Shown here: piece by piece, positions 20,835-21,955 of the stretch
Layout of the letters: each line of letters begins with the position of its first letter
Position numbering within the stretch: the first letter of the stretch is position 1
Source of the DNA: Octopus sinensis
Lineage: Eukaryota
DNA: 21,955 bases
Reading direction: 5' to 3'
Assembly (NCBI RefSeq): GCF_006345805.1
Contig: NW_021837017.1
Coordinates: 1-21,955 of the forward strand
Made by a program: the position numbers and the translations under genes
The notes under the pieces: model-generated
Told to the model about the DNA's origin: nothing
Seen by the model: the letters and a program-made list of their open reading frames with translations, nothing else
Database searches by the model: none

Positions 20835-21955
20835 CAAGGTATTTTATCTTGAAATTTGGCGACAAGTCTTCTAAAACCTCGAGAATCTTTTTTAAGGTGG
20901 TACTTTTCTACAGTTCGACAGTGCGAGTTTCATTTGCAATCTCTTTCAGTCTTTTAGGCAACAATTTGGGTATTGCACCAAGTGAACCAATTACTACAGG
21001 AATAATTGTTGTGTTTGACTTCCACACTCACCTCAACTCACTGGGTAGATCCTGATATTTCTTAATTTTTTCAATTTCTTTGGTATCTTTTCTGCTGTCA
21101 TACGAAATTGCAAAACTTAGGATCTTACTCTATTTATTTTACACTCTTTAAACATGTCTGGTCCCCTTGCCTCAATAGTATGGTCAGTCTTTATAGCAAA
21201 GTCCCACAAGATCTTGTAATTCTCATTTTGTAATTATTTATATCTCTATAAATTAAGTAGCAAATTACAGCTCTGAACTAATTGTGGTTTCTGATTTACA
21301 GGTGTTTGAATTAAGTCAAGTGTGAAATGGAGCTTGTCGAGTGTCGAGCAGTGATCCGGTTTTTGTATTTGAAAGAACGCACACCACGGGAGACTTTTGA
21401 TGAAATTAAAGTAACTTGTGGTGATGATGCCCCATCATATGACCTTGTAAAACGCTGGCATCGTGAATTCAAACATGGTCGGAAGATGAATCAAAATTTT
21501 TCAAAAGACTGATTACACAGGATGAAACCTGGGTCCATCACTATGATCCCGAGACCAAAGCCCAGTTAATGCAGTGGAAGCACCGTGACTCACCTCCTCC
21601 AAAGAAGGCAAGGGTGCAGCCTTCCACAAGATCTTGTAATTCTCACTTTTCTGCTGCTCTGAAGCCACACACTCAGCCAACAAGCGATCTTTGCTTCCAG
21701 CTTTCTCGGTTTATTGCACGAACTGGCCATTTCTTTCCATTGGCTTGTTGTTTTTCCTTTTCTCTTTGAATTATCCTACTCTACCAGCCACATTCTGGGT
21801 ATCTCTTGTTGCCGAAAATAATCTTTCTTTACTCAGCCCAACATAATTTTTCAGACTCAGTATCGCAGTACTAACAGTGTCTTCTGCGTTTAGTAATAAT
21901 CTGCCATATTCCTTCCGTGGTTGATAGAGTCGGTCGGTATTATTTTGAAGACGGG
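20835..21955 (-). mobile_element. Decayed R4/Dong-like LINE with restriction-like endonuclease, running off the window end
   Basis: DRLYQPRKEYGRLLLNAEDTV..AILSLKNYV..SKERL..GQFVQ..ASEQ[deletion]ENYKILWDFAIKTDHTIEARGPD..EIEKIKKYQDL..W..IIPVVIGSLGAIPK..KKILEVLE. Confidence 0.9.
21226..21623 (+). pseudogene. mariner transposase fragment (internally deleted, no TIRs seen) inserted in the LINE
   Basis: MELVECRAVIRFLYLKERTPRETFDEIKVTCGDDAPSYDLVKRWHREFKHGR from 21327, then a deletion/frameshift to DESKFFKRLITQDETWVHHYDPETKAQLMQWKHRDSPPPKKARVQPS, with the first catalytic D at 21521. Confidence 0.92.

Noticed and set aside
20760-20835. (AAT)n next to the R4/Dong-like 3' end as its specific target
   Set aside because: On the LINE sense strand the tract reads (TAT)n, opposite to the orientation I recall for Dong tails, and the 3' UTR is decayed; the association cannot be established.

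Overview
This is eukaryotic, repeat-saturated DNA. I find no supportable host protein-coding exon; nearly all long ORFs in the track are microsatellite translations. The microsatellite load and the tRNA-derived SINE families suggest an octopus/cephalopod genome (inference). The window holds about 14 SINE copies or fragments from at least 5 families, decayed LINEs (RTE; R4/Dong-like with restriction-like endonuclease), two Penelope-like (GIY-YIG) fragments, piggyBac derivatives, a Tc1 5' half, a mariner fragment, a complete non-autonomous Helitron and a 21-bp minisatellite. The best unexplained signal is a type I hammerhead ribozyme with a canonical core at 2210-2254. It sits at the apex of a ~130-nt rod-like hairpin (2170-2299), as in retrozymes and ribozyme circRNAs. 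Two further hammerhead-like motifs occur at 1998-2040 and 18161-18198. Also notable: a three-level nested insertion whose removal rejoins the RTE protein sequence, and a TIR-less mariner fragment inside an R4 LINE flanked by a 22-bp duplication. All calls come from reading and hand-translating the sequence; no searches were run.
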